Origin: Verrucomicrobia bacterium UBA1200
GTDB taxonomy: Bacteria > Verrucomicrobiota > Kiritimatiellia > RFP12 > UBA1067
Length of the DNA stretch: 64,000 nt
Direction of reading: 5' to 3'
Assembly: GCA_002309765.1 (NCBI GenBank)
Contig: DBXY01000052.1
Location: 84,210 to 148,209 of the forward strand
The position numbers and the translations under genes were made by a program. A model generated the notes under the pieces. The model saw only the letters and a program-made list of their open reading frames with translations, made no database searches and was not told the DNA's origin. Each line of letters starts with the position of its first letter. Positions within the stretch are counted from its first letter, which is position 1. This document shows positions 44,699 through 54,483 of the stretch, one piece after another.

Positions 44699-45967
44699 AT
44701 GTCGTTATTATCCACGTTCGCCTCCCGCCACCTTTTGGAGGCCACCACCAGCCCCGATCTGGAAAAAATGCTGGAAAAGCCGCTTACCGTTTATGCCGGA
44801 TTCGACCCCACCAGCGATTCGCTGCAGGCGGGTAATTTCGTGACCATCATGGCGTTGACCCGGATGCAGCAGGCCGGGCATCGGGTAATCGCCCTGGTCG
44901 GCGGCGCCACCGGACTGATCGGCGACCCGTCCGGCAAATCGGTGGAGCGCCAGATGCTCACCCCGGAACAGGTGGAGAAAAACCTGATCGGCATCAAGGA
45001 GAACCTTTCGCGCTTCCTGAAATTTGACGACCCGGTAAATCCCGCCATTCTGGTGAACAATTTTGACTGGTACAAGAACGTGAGCGCCATCAACTTCCTG
45101 CGCGACATCTGCGTGAATTTCCGGGTGCCGCAGATGCTGGCCAAAGAGAGCGTGAAAAAACGGTTGGAAGCCACCGACGGCGGCATGACGTTCACCGAAT
45201 TCTCTTACCAGATTCTTCAGGGTAACGACTTTCTGCACCTTTACGACACCTACGGCTGCACGCTGGAAATCGGCGGCGCCGACCAGTGGGGAAACATAAC
45301 CGCCGGCACCGATTTGGTGCGCCGTCTGCGCGGTAAGGAAGTTTACGGCTTGACTTTCCCGCTGGTTTGCGACAGTACCGGCAAGAAATTCGGCAAGAGC
45401 GAGGGTAACGCCATCTTTCTTGACGCCCGCAAGACTTCGTACTACGATTTCTACCAGTTCTTCATGCGGTCGATGGACGCCGACGTAATCCGTTACCTCA
45501 AAATCTTCACGCTGCTTCCGGACGAACGGATTGCGGAACTCGAAGAGTCGCTGGCCAAAGAGCCGGAAAAACGCGAAGCCCAGCGGACGTTGGCCGAAGA
45601 GGTCACCCGCATGGTTCACGGCGAGAAGGGACTGGCCATCGCCAAAGCCGCCACCAACGTGCTGTTCGGCGGCTCGGTGAACGGGCTTTCCGCCGCCGAT
45701 CTGGAGGGAATCTTCGCCAACGTCAAGTCGGCGACGCTGCCCGCCGCCGAAGTAATCGGCAAGTCGCTCATTGACGTCACGGCGGCGGCAAAGATGTTCG
45801 CCTCCAAGGGCGAAGCGCGGAGGATGATCCAGCAGGGCGGGGTGAGCGTGAATAACGTCAAAGTCCCCACCATCGAACGTATCTTCGCCGCCGAAGACCT
45901 GATCGAAGGCCGCGTGGCGGTGCTTCGGAGCGGCAAGAAGAATTTCTTCCTGCTTAAGGTGGAATAG
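44699..45967 (+). CDS. tyrS: tyrosine--tRNA ligase (HIGH motif degenerate, reading QAGN)
   Basis: [45 protein letters not shown] is collinear with E. coli TyrRS GFDPTADSLHLGHLV...[22 protein letters not shown]. KFGKS (KMSKS). C-terminal S4-like domain. Confidence 0.85.
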   Translation: [422 protein letters not shown]

Positions 45968-45977
45968 CAGTTGAACC

Positions 45978-46940
45978 ATGCGCCGCATCGCCAAAATCGA
46001 GGTGGCTGCCGCCAACGCCGGGATTCCGGTCGCGGAGTTTCTGGCAACGCGGTTCACTTACCATTCGCGGGAAGAATGGACGGCGCAGATTGACTCCGGC
46101 GCCATCACCGTTAACGGCGCGGCGGTGCGGCCGGAAGATCCGCTTGCGGCCGGCGCGGTGCTGGAATACGCGCCGCCTGCCGTACCCGAACCGCCAGCCG
46201 ACTTGTCGTACACCGTGCTGGCGGACGACCCGGATTTCATAATCGTGGACAAAAGCGGCAACCTGCCGTGCCATCCGGCGGGGCGGTATTTCCGGCATAC
46301 GCTTTGGGCATTGCTTAAGGAGCGGCAGCATATCGACACCCCGATTTTCGTACACCGGCTCGACCGCGAGACTTCCGGCGTGGTGATGGTGGCCAAGAAC
46401 CCCGCCACGGCCCGCGTCCTCTCCGCGCAGTTTGAGCGGCGGGAGGTCAGCAAGGAATATCTGGCGCTGGTGGAGGGCGAATTTCCCCAACAGCTCAGTA
46501 CCGAAGGGTGGCTGTGCCCGGACACGGTCTCCTCCATCCGCAAGAAACGCCGTTTTGTCCTTGGCGAAACGCCCCCCTGCCCCAACGCCGAACCGGCCGC
46601 CACCGTCTTCCGGCGCGAAGCGTTCGCCAACGGAATCAGTTTGGTGCGAGCGATTCCGCACACCGGACGCACACACCAAATCCGGGCGACGCTTTATTCG
46701 CTCGGTTACCCGGTGGTGGGCGATAAACTCTACGGGCGCGACGAATCTTGCTTTCTGCGCCAACTTGAAGGCCGGCTGACCGACGCCGACCGACGCGCGC
46801 TGCGTCTCGACCGACAGGCGTTACACTCCGCGTTACTGCGGTTCCGGCATCCGCGCAACAATAATGAAGTCTCTGCGACCGCACCCGTACCTGCATCATG
46901 GCACGGCGTTATGCCAATCGGGATAAACAATGAATACTAG
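45978..46940 (+). CDS. RluA-family pseudouridine synthase
   Basis: Catalytic-Asp motif VHRLDRETSGVVMVAKN. N-terminal S4-like region. Conserved HTGRTHQIR. Confidence 0.8.
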   Translation: MRRIAKIEVAAANAGIPVAEFLATRFTYHSREEWTAQIDSGAITVNGAAVRPEDPLAAGAVLEYAPPAVPEPPADLSYTVLADDPDFIIVDKSGNLPCHPAGRYFRHTLWALLKERQHIDTPIFVHRLDRETSGVVMVAKNPATARVLSAQFERREVSKEYLALVEGEFPQQLSTEGWLCPDTVSSIRKKRRFVLGETPPCPNAEPAATVFRREAFANGISLVRAIPHTGRTHQIRATLYSLGYPVVGDKLYGRDESCFLRQLEGRLTDADRRALRLDRQALHSALLRFRHPRNNNEVSATAPVPASWHGVMPIGINNEY

Positions 46941-48792
46941 CCTATCCGCAAAAATCGGGGTGGTCATCACCGTAATACTGGGAGTGGGAATCTGGTATGT
47001 CTACCGCCGCCGCAGATGGCTGGCAAGCTTATCCAAGCGGCTCTGCCCCATGCCCAGACGCATCCAGCTCACCCTTGCGCGTTTCGCTCCGCCCGACCGG
47101 GCTGTCTTTGCCCCCAACGTGCCAGAGGAGTGGGGGCACCCCGCCCTTGAGACACTCAAGAACGCCTTTCCCGATTTAGTGCCGGTTGCGGAATCCGGGT
47201 CAACGGAAAACATTTGCCAAATCAATCTGGCAGCGGACCCAAACCTGCCGGCCGACGGTTACCGGCTGGTAATCGAACCCGGCGAGATAGTTTTGACAGC
47301 ATCCAACCGAGCCGGTCTTTTTTACGGCACCGCCACACTGGCCGCATTAGTTGCCACCGCCAACGAATCGCGTCCCAAATTAATGGAATCCTGCGTGGTT
47401 GAAGATTATCCGGATCTGCCGGAACGCGGTTTTATGCTGGACGTCAGTCGCGACAAAGTCCCCACGCTTACCACGCTGTTCGGTCTGGTTGACCGACTGG
47501 CCGCACTGCGCTACAACCAGCTGCAACTTTACTTTGAACACGTCTTTGCCTATCGCAACCACGAAACGGTTTGGCGCGATGCCTCGCCGTTCACCACGGA
47601 AGAGATCCGCAAACTCGACGACTATTGCCGCAGCAAATGCATCGAACTGGTGCCGAACCAAAATTCGCTGGGACATCTGGAACGCTGGCTAAAACATCCA
47701 GAATACTTGCCGCTGGCGGAACTGCCGCAAGGCGGTGCGCCGCTGCCTTGGGGCGGAACGCGGGATTACCCGTCCGCCATCTCGCCCACCAAGCCCGAAA
47801 CCCTGCGGTTTTTATCGGAACTTTACGACGAACTGTTGCCGAGCTTCACCTCCTGCCGTTTTAACGTCGGATGCGACGAAGTGTTTGATTTGCGAGGCGA
47901 AGGGCATTCAGCCGCCCAAGTGAAAAAATTCGGAGAAGGTCGGGTTATCGTTGATTTCATCAACCGATTAGACGCAGAGGTGAAAAGCCGCGGTCGAACA
48001 ATGATGTTCTGGGCTGACATGGTGCTGCACCACCCGGAACTGGTCAAAGAACTACCGCATGACGCGGTCGCTCTGGTATGGGGATATGAGGCCGACCACC
48101 CATTTGAAACCCAATGTGAAGCCATGGAAAAGGCCGGGATACCGTTTTACGTCTGCCCCGGCACCTCGTCATGGCGCAGTATCGCCGGACGCACCGCAAA
48201 TATGCGGAACAACATCAGATCCGCACTACAGGCGGCGGCAAGACACGGCGCCCGCGGAATGCTGCTGTGCGACTGGGGCGATGCCGGACATTGGCAACCG
48301 CTCTGTGTCAGCTACGCCGCCATTGCCGAGGCGGCTCGGATCGCCTGGTGCCCTAAAACAAATGAAAAGATTCCGCTCCCCAACGCCATGCAGGCGGCTG
48401 GGGTTTTCCCAGATTTGGCAGAACCTTTGTTGGAGCTGGGAGAATTCTACCGGCATTGCGGAAGTCTCCGTGGCAATGCGTCAGAACTATTTCAAGTGTT
48501 GGCCGGACTGCCCACCGCCGCCCCGTTACCGCAGAAAAAATTAACCGCGTTGAACAGGCAGCTGGATAAGATTGAGCGGCGGTTGCCCACCGCCCATACA
48601 GAAGATTCCGAAGAACACCGCATCCAAATCCGCGAAACTAAATTAGTGGCGGCGCTGCTGCGCCAGGCAATCCGGCGTGCGCTGAATCCCTCATGCGAGT
48701 TTCCTTTAGAATTGCGGGAAGAATTCCAAAAAGTGTGGTTAATCCGAAATAGGCCTGGCGGGCTTGCCGACAGTGTAATGCGCTTTAAATGA
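46930..48792 (+). CDS. membrane-anchored GH20-family beta-N-acetylhexosaminidase-like protein
   Basis: N-terminal TM helix. GH20 catalytic-domain hallmarks: EDYPDLPERGFMLDVSRDKVP, RYNQLQLYFEHVFAY, GCDEV. Confidence 0.7.
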   Translation: MNTSLSAKIGVVITVILGVGIWYVYRRRRWLASLSKRLCPMPRRIQLTLARFAPPDRAVFAPNVPEEWGHPALETLKNAFPDLVPVAESGSTENICQINLAADPNLPADGYRLVIEPGEIVLTASNRAGLFYGTATLAALVATANESRPKLMESCVVEDYPDLPERGFMLDVSRDKVPTLTTLFGLVDRLAALRYNQLQLYFEHVFAYRNHETVWRDASPFTTEEIRKLDDYCRSKCIELVPNQNSLGHLERWLKHPEYLPLAELPQGGAPLPWGGTRDYPSAISPTKPETLRFLSELYDELLPSFTSCRFNVGCDEVFDLRGEGHSAAQVKKFGEGRVIVDFINRLDAEVKSRGRTMMFWADMVLHHPELVKELPHDAVALVWGYEADHPFETQCEAMEKAGIPFYVCPGTSSWRSIAGRTANMRNNIRSALQAAARHGARGMLLCDWGDAGHWQPLCVSYAAIAEAARIAWCPKTNEKIPLPNAMQAAGVFPDLAEPLLELGEFYRHCGSLRGNASELFQVLAGLPTAAPLPQKKLTALNRQLDKIERRLPTAHTEDSEEHRIQIRETKLVAALLRQAIRRALNPSCEFPLELREEFQKVWLIRNRPGGLADSVMRFK

Positions 48793-48793
48793 C

Positions 48794-48838
48794 ACAAAAA
48801 AAGCGCCGCGTCTTAATGACGCGGCGCACAATCTTTTT
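48794..48838. terminator. bidirectional Rho-independent terminator shared by the convergent GH20 and 1646-aa giant-protein genes
   Basis: Hairpin GCGCCGCGTCA-tta-TGACGCGGCGC (about 48803-48827). It is flanked by an A7 run upstream and a T5 run downstream, so each strand sees hairpin plus U-tract. Confidence 0.65.
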
Positions 48839-48851
48839 GGATTAAACCGTT

Positions 48852-51800
48852 TTAACGGAACATAATAAACGTTCCCGACGGCTTGGTGTTGTAAAGATAC
48901 AACATCCCGTTCTCAACCTTAGGCTCGAAGAAATCGCAACTCTCCGTCGATCCGTCGACAGTGTAGCTGACTTCCAACAAATCGGACAGCGCTTCCGCTT
49001 CAAGTTGCTCCAGTCCCAGTGACGGGCAGGCCAGATAAGAGTTGCGTCCGGGTTTGCCTTCAAACGTTACCTTAATCTTGCCGACCTCCGCCAACATATC
49101 CGGATTGCCGTTAATGAAGGTAACGCCGCTAAGTTGAGCGTCCATAGCCTTAGCGGTCAATTCATACGTGCCGCCCTTGAACGCATATAGCCCGTTGAGG
49201 ATACCGGTTCCGGAAAGCGTTCCAGTGATTCCGCACGGCGTAGCCGCACGGTTTTGCAACTGAGAACCCTCGTTCAGCACGACTTCCCCGCAAATACGGC
49301 CGTAAGGCGTTGCAGTAATCCGGAGCGTCCGCTCGTCAAACGGAGTCGCCACGCCGCCGGGAACGGTGTAGGCTAGCGCGTTGCCGCGGCCGGAGGAGAT
49401 TCCCCCGCCGTAGTCGTAGGTACGGATCTGGAAAGCATGCCAGCCGGCAGTCAGTTCAGCTGTCCCCTCCACGGCAACGTTGTGCACCTCGGACGAAAAG
49501 ATGGTCTCTCCATCGATCTTCAAACTGATACGGTCGTCATACACACCATCAAACGTCCACTCGCCGGCAATTTCCGGCTCGACGTAGAACCAGCCGGAAA
49601 GCTCGCAGGCGGCGAGTTTACCCGGTTCCCAAGAAGTACTGTGAATAACCTGCAAAGAGGGCAACACCTCGGTTGTATCGTATTCCGGATCAACCCACTC
49701 GTCTTTGTAACCCGAGCCAAGCGCATGGCGGGTCAAGCGAACCGAACTGGCCGGACGCATCTTGAACGCTGCGGTGCTGAACGGTTCATAATCCGCAGCG
49801 GAGGTTGAAGAAGTTCCGCCGTAGCAGTATCCAAGCGCCATCTTCTTGTTTTTCCACTCCGTGACGGCCGGCCCTGCGCCACCGCCAAGATCCATTGCCG
49901 AAATCCGGAAATTGTGCCAACCGGCGGAGAGAGTCACGGATTTCGTCCCTACCCCGTTCCATGTCGTGTTCTCGCAAGCCAATTCGCCGTCAATCCACAT
50001 GGTCAACTTATCATCATAAGTACAGGCGAAGGTGTAAACGCCCGCCTTCTCCACCTCGAAATCGCCTTCGATCCGGTAGTTGGTGTAAAGCGGGGTCAGG
50101 GGCGCAGTGATCAGCTCCTGAATATCATTGGCAAACCATACGGGAGGAATGTCGGAGCGTGACCCGAAATCCACATGGTTGGGGGAAGCGGTCTCGTCAT
50201 TCAACATCGCCGCGAAGACGTTAAGTCCAGCAAAGTGTTCATAGTCGCCGATGTTAATTGTGGCGAAAGTATTCTCCGCAAGCGTTAAACCGCCGCCAAT
50301 GCCGGCCAAGTTCTCGAGCATATTGGCACCGGTGTTTTCAACGGTTATCGATCCGTTTAGACCGCCTTGCACCGCATTAGTGGCGGCAAAGGTGCCTGCG
50401 CCCTTGATAATTATGTTACCCGCACCCTGAATCGCGGTATGCCAAAGCGTATCACCGTTACCGACGTCAAAGGTGAAGGCCGTATCCTTCTCGGCGAACG
50501 GGCCGTTGAAGGTCCCCCACGTCTCGAAGGCGGTGTGCAGGTACTTACGGATGCCCCAATTGTCAGTGCCAAGCGCGGCATCCGCCCAGTTGCTAGGAGT
50601 AGCGATACCAGGATCATCGGTGTTCCAACCCTTGGCCGTACCGCCCGCCAACCAAACCTGCGGGCAAATCGGATAACCGCGCCGCGAGGTGAAGCCGTTC
50701 GGGCCTACCCGCAGCGTACCACCGTTCATCACAAACAATTCGCGGCCAATGGAGTTGGTTTTGTAGTAGTTGAACTGGTAACGGATGTCGATGCCCTTGA
50801 CGTCAAGGTTACCCGAATTCAGCCACAACTCAGCGTAGTGCGTATCGTAACCGTCGCGGATAACGTTGTCAACCACCGCGAGATAACCGCCGTCGATCAC
50901 CATCTTGTGGACGTTATCGGTGTTGCCGCTCCAGCGTCCGAGGATCACCTCGTTCCGCGCGATGAGCTGCGACCCCTCGTCCAGCGTCAAGGTCGCGCTG
51001 GCCGGGCTGGCCTGAATGTCGCCCAGATAGACGTTCGTAACCGTAATCGAGGTACCGTTGCCCAAAACCGCATAGCCGGGGGCGTTCGGCGAACCGGTTC
51101 CCATACGGAGCGAGCCGACCTCCATCACCGTGTCCTCGATCCTGGCCACCGCCGTGCCGCCCGCCGCGAGGGAACAGGGGACGAACGCGCCGGCGCCGCT
51201 AAGTTGAATGTTGCGGTAGGTAGTGTCGGCAACCGGTGCCAAACCCAGCATACCCGATGCCTCGGTAACGACCACAGGCATCTTGAACTCCGTGCCCGAT
51301 GACGTCTCGTGGTCGCCGTACAGGACACCGCCGTTGGGCGCGTTCGCGTCGGTGCCGGCCACGTTTAGGGTATCATACGCGATGTTGCTGGCCAGGTAGT
51401 GCCAGCCAAGGGTGACCTTCGCTTCGCCGTCGCCGGCGAGTCCACCACGCAGGATGAGACCGCTGTCGCTGCCACCGCCGGAAAGTTTTAAAGATCCCGG
51501 AGAAGTGACCGTGACAGTCGAGGCGACCGGGGCGTAACCCGATGTACAGCTCAACACATTTTCCGCGTTAATAGCGGATACCGGGACCGTGAACGGATAT
51601 GTAAGCGCGTAGAAGCGGAACTGCCCATGGTCGAGAATCAGCGATTTCCAATTCTCGCCCGCAAGCGAATCACGCTCAAAACCGGCTATGGTGTTATTGA
51701 TGACTTTGACCGTCCCAACGTTGATGTCCGCATAGACCATCATAAGCGAATCGATGTTTTCCTGACCAGTGATCGTCAGCGTGGCGTCCGCCGGACCGGT

Positions 51801-53792
51801 TATGAAGGGGCGTCCGGCATTGGCGCTTCCGTTAACCGACTGCATGTGGAAACGGTCGCCATCCGGACTTCCGACCGTGGCGTCACCCTCCATCACAATA
51901 CCATAGAGCTGGGGGTTCGTTGAGTACTGATTCTCGTTGTAGATCGTCCCTTTGCCGTTCTGGCCCTCGCCGAGGATGTGGAAGATTTTGGAGTGCGTCT
52001 GAAGATGATGGTCGTACTGGTTGGTATAGGCAAGGTCGAAGGAGGCGTTCCGGACATAGACCGGCGAACTGGACGAACCGAGCGCGAAGTGCTGGGCATC
52101 CGGACCAAGGCGCATTACGCCACCAGAAACCGTGATGCTCTCCGGCGCGGCGAAACCGTCGCCGTCGATCGTCACGGTGCCGGAACCGGACTTGGTGACG
52201 GTCGGAGTGTCAATCTTCGCGCCCGTGATAGTGTAATCCTTGTTACCGGAAAATTCCAACCCGCTTGCCGCCACGGCTTCCGGGACATTGACCGTACTGA
52301 CGAAATTATTCTCCGCTCCGTCGAATTTGGCCGTATAATCGCTCAGGAACGAGACCTGGGTTCCGACATACAAGCCGTTTCCGATCATCCATGCCTCGGA
52401 GGCCCAGGTGTCAGTCGCGTTCTGCGGCCGCCACAGGACGGAGGTCGCGTACCAGAAGGTACCGGTGGGAGAGAAAGTGGTCTCGCCGAGGGAGTTAATT
52501 GCCTTGAAGGCGACATAATACTTCTGGCCGCTGGTCAGGGAAGACAGGTTTGCGGTGAGCGCGTTAGCTTCGGTGTAGGTTCCGACATTCACCGGCAGTG
52601 TGCCCTCCATTGCTTCAGTCGTACCCCAAACCAGAGAGACGGAAACGGAGGTTACGTCATCGCCGAGCTCCGAAAGGGTTCCGGAAACGGTGGCGGAGTT
52701 CGGGTTCAGAGTCACGCCGTCAAAGGTGAGCGTGGTAGGAACAAGGTCGGAAGTGCTCTTGACATCACCGGCGACAACGAACGCCGCGTTCGCCACCGAG
52801 TCGTACTCGGCCTTCAGCCAGTCCGCGGTCGCCGCGCCGTTGAAAATACGCCACTCATCCAGCTTGCCCTGAAGGTGGTCGCCGTGGTTCGACATATTCC
52901 CGTAATTGCCAAAGCCCCATGTGTAACCGGGATCGGCAATGGCGGGGATGGAGTGGGAGTAGTGGAGATTGCCATTGTAGTAACTGGTACCGGTCGTGTT
53001 GTCGTAAACCACGGCAACGTTCACCCACTCGTCAAGCGAGTAGGTCCAGCTCACCTTGTTGTGCCCGCTCGTTCCGCTCGTAAAGGAGAGTTCGTTGCCG
53101 TTCTCATTCAGAATCAAGAACCCGGCAGCACCCCATGACGACATCGCGCCGAACATGATGTGGGTCTGCTTTTTGGCAAAGGTCATCCAACCGGAGATGG
53201 TAAAAATGGTAGAATCCGTCAACTTCGCCAGCGGATTGGTAAGATGAATGCCGGCGTTATCATTGTTGCGGTCCGGAATCTCGTACCCCACGCCAAGTTT
53301 ACCGTTGGGAATAACGGCGGTGTTGCTTCCGACAAACACGTCGAGACCGCTTGCGGAATCTTTGGGCGTCGAGCCGCCATGCACCACCGCCGCATAACGG
53401 ATCCATACCGCCGAGGGCGTGTTTTCCGGCGCCGTAGCCGAGCCGTAATACATTTTTATCTGCGTGGCGGTTCCGGAAAGCGCTGGAACCCTGACCCAGA
53501 CCAGCGACTCGCCGTCGGGATCCCACGTGTCAATTTCATAGGGGAGCGGTTCCCCGGCGGAATCGGTAAAACAGAGGTCGGTGCCGTCCGCCTTAAGGTC
53601 GGCATAACTGAAACCCGTTATCGCGGATGAGAGCCGCACCAGCACGGGAAAGTCCACCAAATCCGAAGCCCCCTGATAGCCCGATAGGGTTAATGTGCAC
53701 TTCTTCGCGTATAAAGAAGCATCTATCGCGGCGCAAGACAACGCCAACGAAAACGCGGCGACACCCGCAGTCAAAAACATACAACGCTTCAT
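48852..53792 (-). CDS. giant secreted protein: N-terminal DUF2341-like domain, LamG-like domain, long beta-helical repeat region and two C-terminal PA14 domains
   Basis: Signal peptide MKRCMFLTAGVAAFSLALSCAA (possible lipobox). N-terminus LTLSGYQGASDLVDFPVLVRL...QIKMYYGS resembles DUF2341. Two PA14-like segments (GDFEVEKAGVYTFACTYDDKLTMWIDGELA...AGWHNFRISAMDLGGG and SGWFYVEPEIAGEWTFDGVYDDRISLKIDGETIF...LTAGWHAFQIRTYDYGGG). Ends ...PSGTFIMFR*. Confidence 0.8.
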   Translation of the reverse strand: MKRCMFLTAGVAAFSLALSCAAIDASLYAKKCTLTLSGYQGASDLVDFPVLVRLSSAITGFSYADLKADGTDLCFTDSAGEPLPYEIDTWDPDGESLVWVRVPALSGTATQIKMYYGSATAPENTPSAVWIRYAAVVHGGSTPKDSASGLDVFVGSNTAVIPNGKLGVGYEIPDRNNDNAGIHLTNPLAKLTDSTIFTISGWMTFAKKQTHIMFGAMSSWGAAGFLILNENGNELSFTSGTSGHNKVSWTYSLDEWVNVAVVYDNTTGTSYYNGNLHYSHSIPAIADPGYTWGFGNYGNMSNHGDHLQGKLDEWRIFNGAATADWLKAEYDSVANAAFVVAGDVKSTSDLVPTTLTFDGVTLNPNSATVSGTLSELGDDVTSVSVSLVWGTTEAMEGTLPVNVGTYTEANALTANLSSLTSGQKYYVAFKAINSLGETTFSPTGTFWYATSVLWRPQNATDTWASEAWMIGNGLYVGTQVSFLSDYTAKFDGAENNFVSTVNVPEAVAASGLEFSGNKDYTITGAKIDTPTVTKSGSGTVTIDGDGFAAPESITVSGGVMRLGPDAQHFALGSSSSPVYVRNASFDLAYTNQYDHHLQTHSKIFHILGEGQNGKGTIYNENQYSTNPQLYGIVMEGDATVGSPDGDRFHMQSVNGSANAGRPFITGPADATLTITGQENIDSLMMVYADINVGTVKVINNTIAGFERDSLAGENWKSLILDHGQFRFYALTYPFTVPVSAINAENVLSCTSGYAPVASTVTVTSPGSLKLSGGGSDSGLILRGGLAGDGEAKVTLGWHYLASNIAYDTLNVAGTDANAPNGGVLYGDHETSSGTEFKMPVVVTEASGMLGLAPVADTTYRNIQLSGAGAFVPCSLAAGGTAVARIEDTVMEVGSLRMGTGSPNAPGYAVLGNGTSITVTNVYLGDIQASPASATLTLDEGSQLIARNEVILGRWSGNTDNVHKMVIDGGYLAVVDNVIRDGYDTHYAELWLNSGNLDVKGIDIRYQFNYYKTNSIGRELFVMNGGTLRVGPNGFTSRRGYPICPQVWLAGGTAKGWNTDDPGIATPSNWADAALGTDNWGIRKYLHTAFETWGTFNGPFAEKDTAFTFDVGNGDTLWHTAIQGAGNIIIKGAGTFAATNAVQGGLNGSITVENTGANMLENLAGIGGGLTLAENTFATINIGDYEHFAGLNVFAAMLNDETASPNHVDFGSRSDIPPVWFANDIQELITAPLTPLYTNYRIEGDFEVEKAGVYTFACTYDDKLTMWIDGELACENTTWNGVGTKSVTLSAGWHNFRISAMDLGGGAGPAVTEWKNKKMALGYCYGGTSSTSAADYEPFSTAAFKMRPASSVRLTRHALGSGYKDEWVDPEYDTTEVLPSLQVIHSTSWEPGKLAACELSGWFYVEPEIAGEWTFDGVYDDRISLKIDGETIFSSEVHNVAVEGTAELTAGWHAFQIRTYDYGGGISSGRGNALAYTVPGGVATPFDERTLRITATPYGRICGEVVLNEGSQLQNRAATPCGITGTLSGTGILNGLYAFKGGTYELTAKAMDAQLSGVTFINGNPDMLAEVGKIKVTFEGKPGRNSYLACPSLGLEQLEAEALSDLLEVSYTVDGSTESCDFFEPKVENGMLYLYNTKPSGTFIMFR

Positions 53793-53973
53793 AGACCACT
53801 CCTATTTCTACAACAATGCAAGACTGGGGAACATGCAAACCCCCGCCCTGCTTGTCACGTTTAACGGAAAAAAACCCATCTCCAATTAACAATTATAATG
53901 TTATCGCATTATTTTTACCCGGTCAATGTAAAAATATTAAAAACGCGTTTTAACCTAAATTTTCCCGGTTGAT

Positions 53974-54016
53974 TTTACAAAAAAACAACCTCCGCACGGC
54001 AACCGTGCGGGGGTTG
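53974..54016 (-). terminator. Rho-independent terminator of the YXWGXW small-protein gene
   Basis: 14-bp stem CAACC(T/C)CCGCACGG with a 3-nt loop. On the minus strand it is followed by TTTTTTTG (the plus-strand A7 run at about 53979-53985). Confidence 0.65.
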
Positions 54017-54048
54017 TTAAAGGACAGGAACGGAACCAATCGCAATAC

Positions 54049-54483
54049 TTATGGGGCCGGAACCCAAACTCGGACGGTACGGTTTTCGTAATGCCCTGGC
54101 TGCCAAGCGCGGCAAACACGGCCGTATGCGTCAACCGAATTCACCCAGCAACCCTCGACCCAGACCTGCTGCACCCGGTCTTCGTAATGTCCGGCCGGTT
54201 GCGCCGGGGCAACCACCACAGGAGCGGGGGCTACCACCACCGGCGCGGGGTTAACCACCACGGGCGGCGGAGGAGGCGGAGCCGGGCGAACGGCATCGGC
54301 AATAGCCGAGCCGATTACGGCCGCTCCGAGGATTCCGGCACCGATAACCCATCCGGGACCACCATGGTGGTGGTGATGGCGGGGCCCAGGGCCGTGGGCA
54401 TAGGTCGGGAACGCGGCGCAGCAGCAAAGCATCCCCGTGACAATCAAGGCAGCAGCCTTACGGATAATCATGTTGTTCTTCAT
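54049..54483 (-). CDS. small secreted His-rich / Pro-rich protein with YXWGXW-type repeats
   Basis: Start at the ATG at 54483, preceded by AAAGGAAG. Signal peptide (MKNNMIIRKAAALIVTGMLCCCAAFPTYA), then PRHHHHHGGP, a (PAPVVV)n proline-rich stretch, and two GHYE(D/N)R..(Q/R)VWV..W repeats. Confidence 0.65.
   Translation of the reverse strand: MKNNMIIRKAAALIVTGMLCCCAAFPTYAHGPGPRHHHHHGGPGWVIGAGILGAAVIGSAIADAVRPAPPPPPPVVVNPAPVVVAPAPVVVAPAQPAGHYEDRVQQVWVEGCWVNSVDAYGRVCRAWQPGHYENRTVRVWVPAP

Noticed and set aside
43291-46763. Long minus-strand ORFs (43291-44748, 44708-46057, 45954-46763) opposite the THUMP methyltransferase, tyrS and rluA-family genes
   Set aside because: Shadow ORFs typical of high-GC DNA. 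The plus-strand genes have unambiguous family signatures.
50367-53138. Plus-strand ORFs of 311 and 386 aa inside the 1646-aa giant gene
   Set aside because: They are embedded antisense to a continuous 1646-aa ORF with PA14 and LamG motifs. The Arg/Gly-rich sequence fits a shadow frame.
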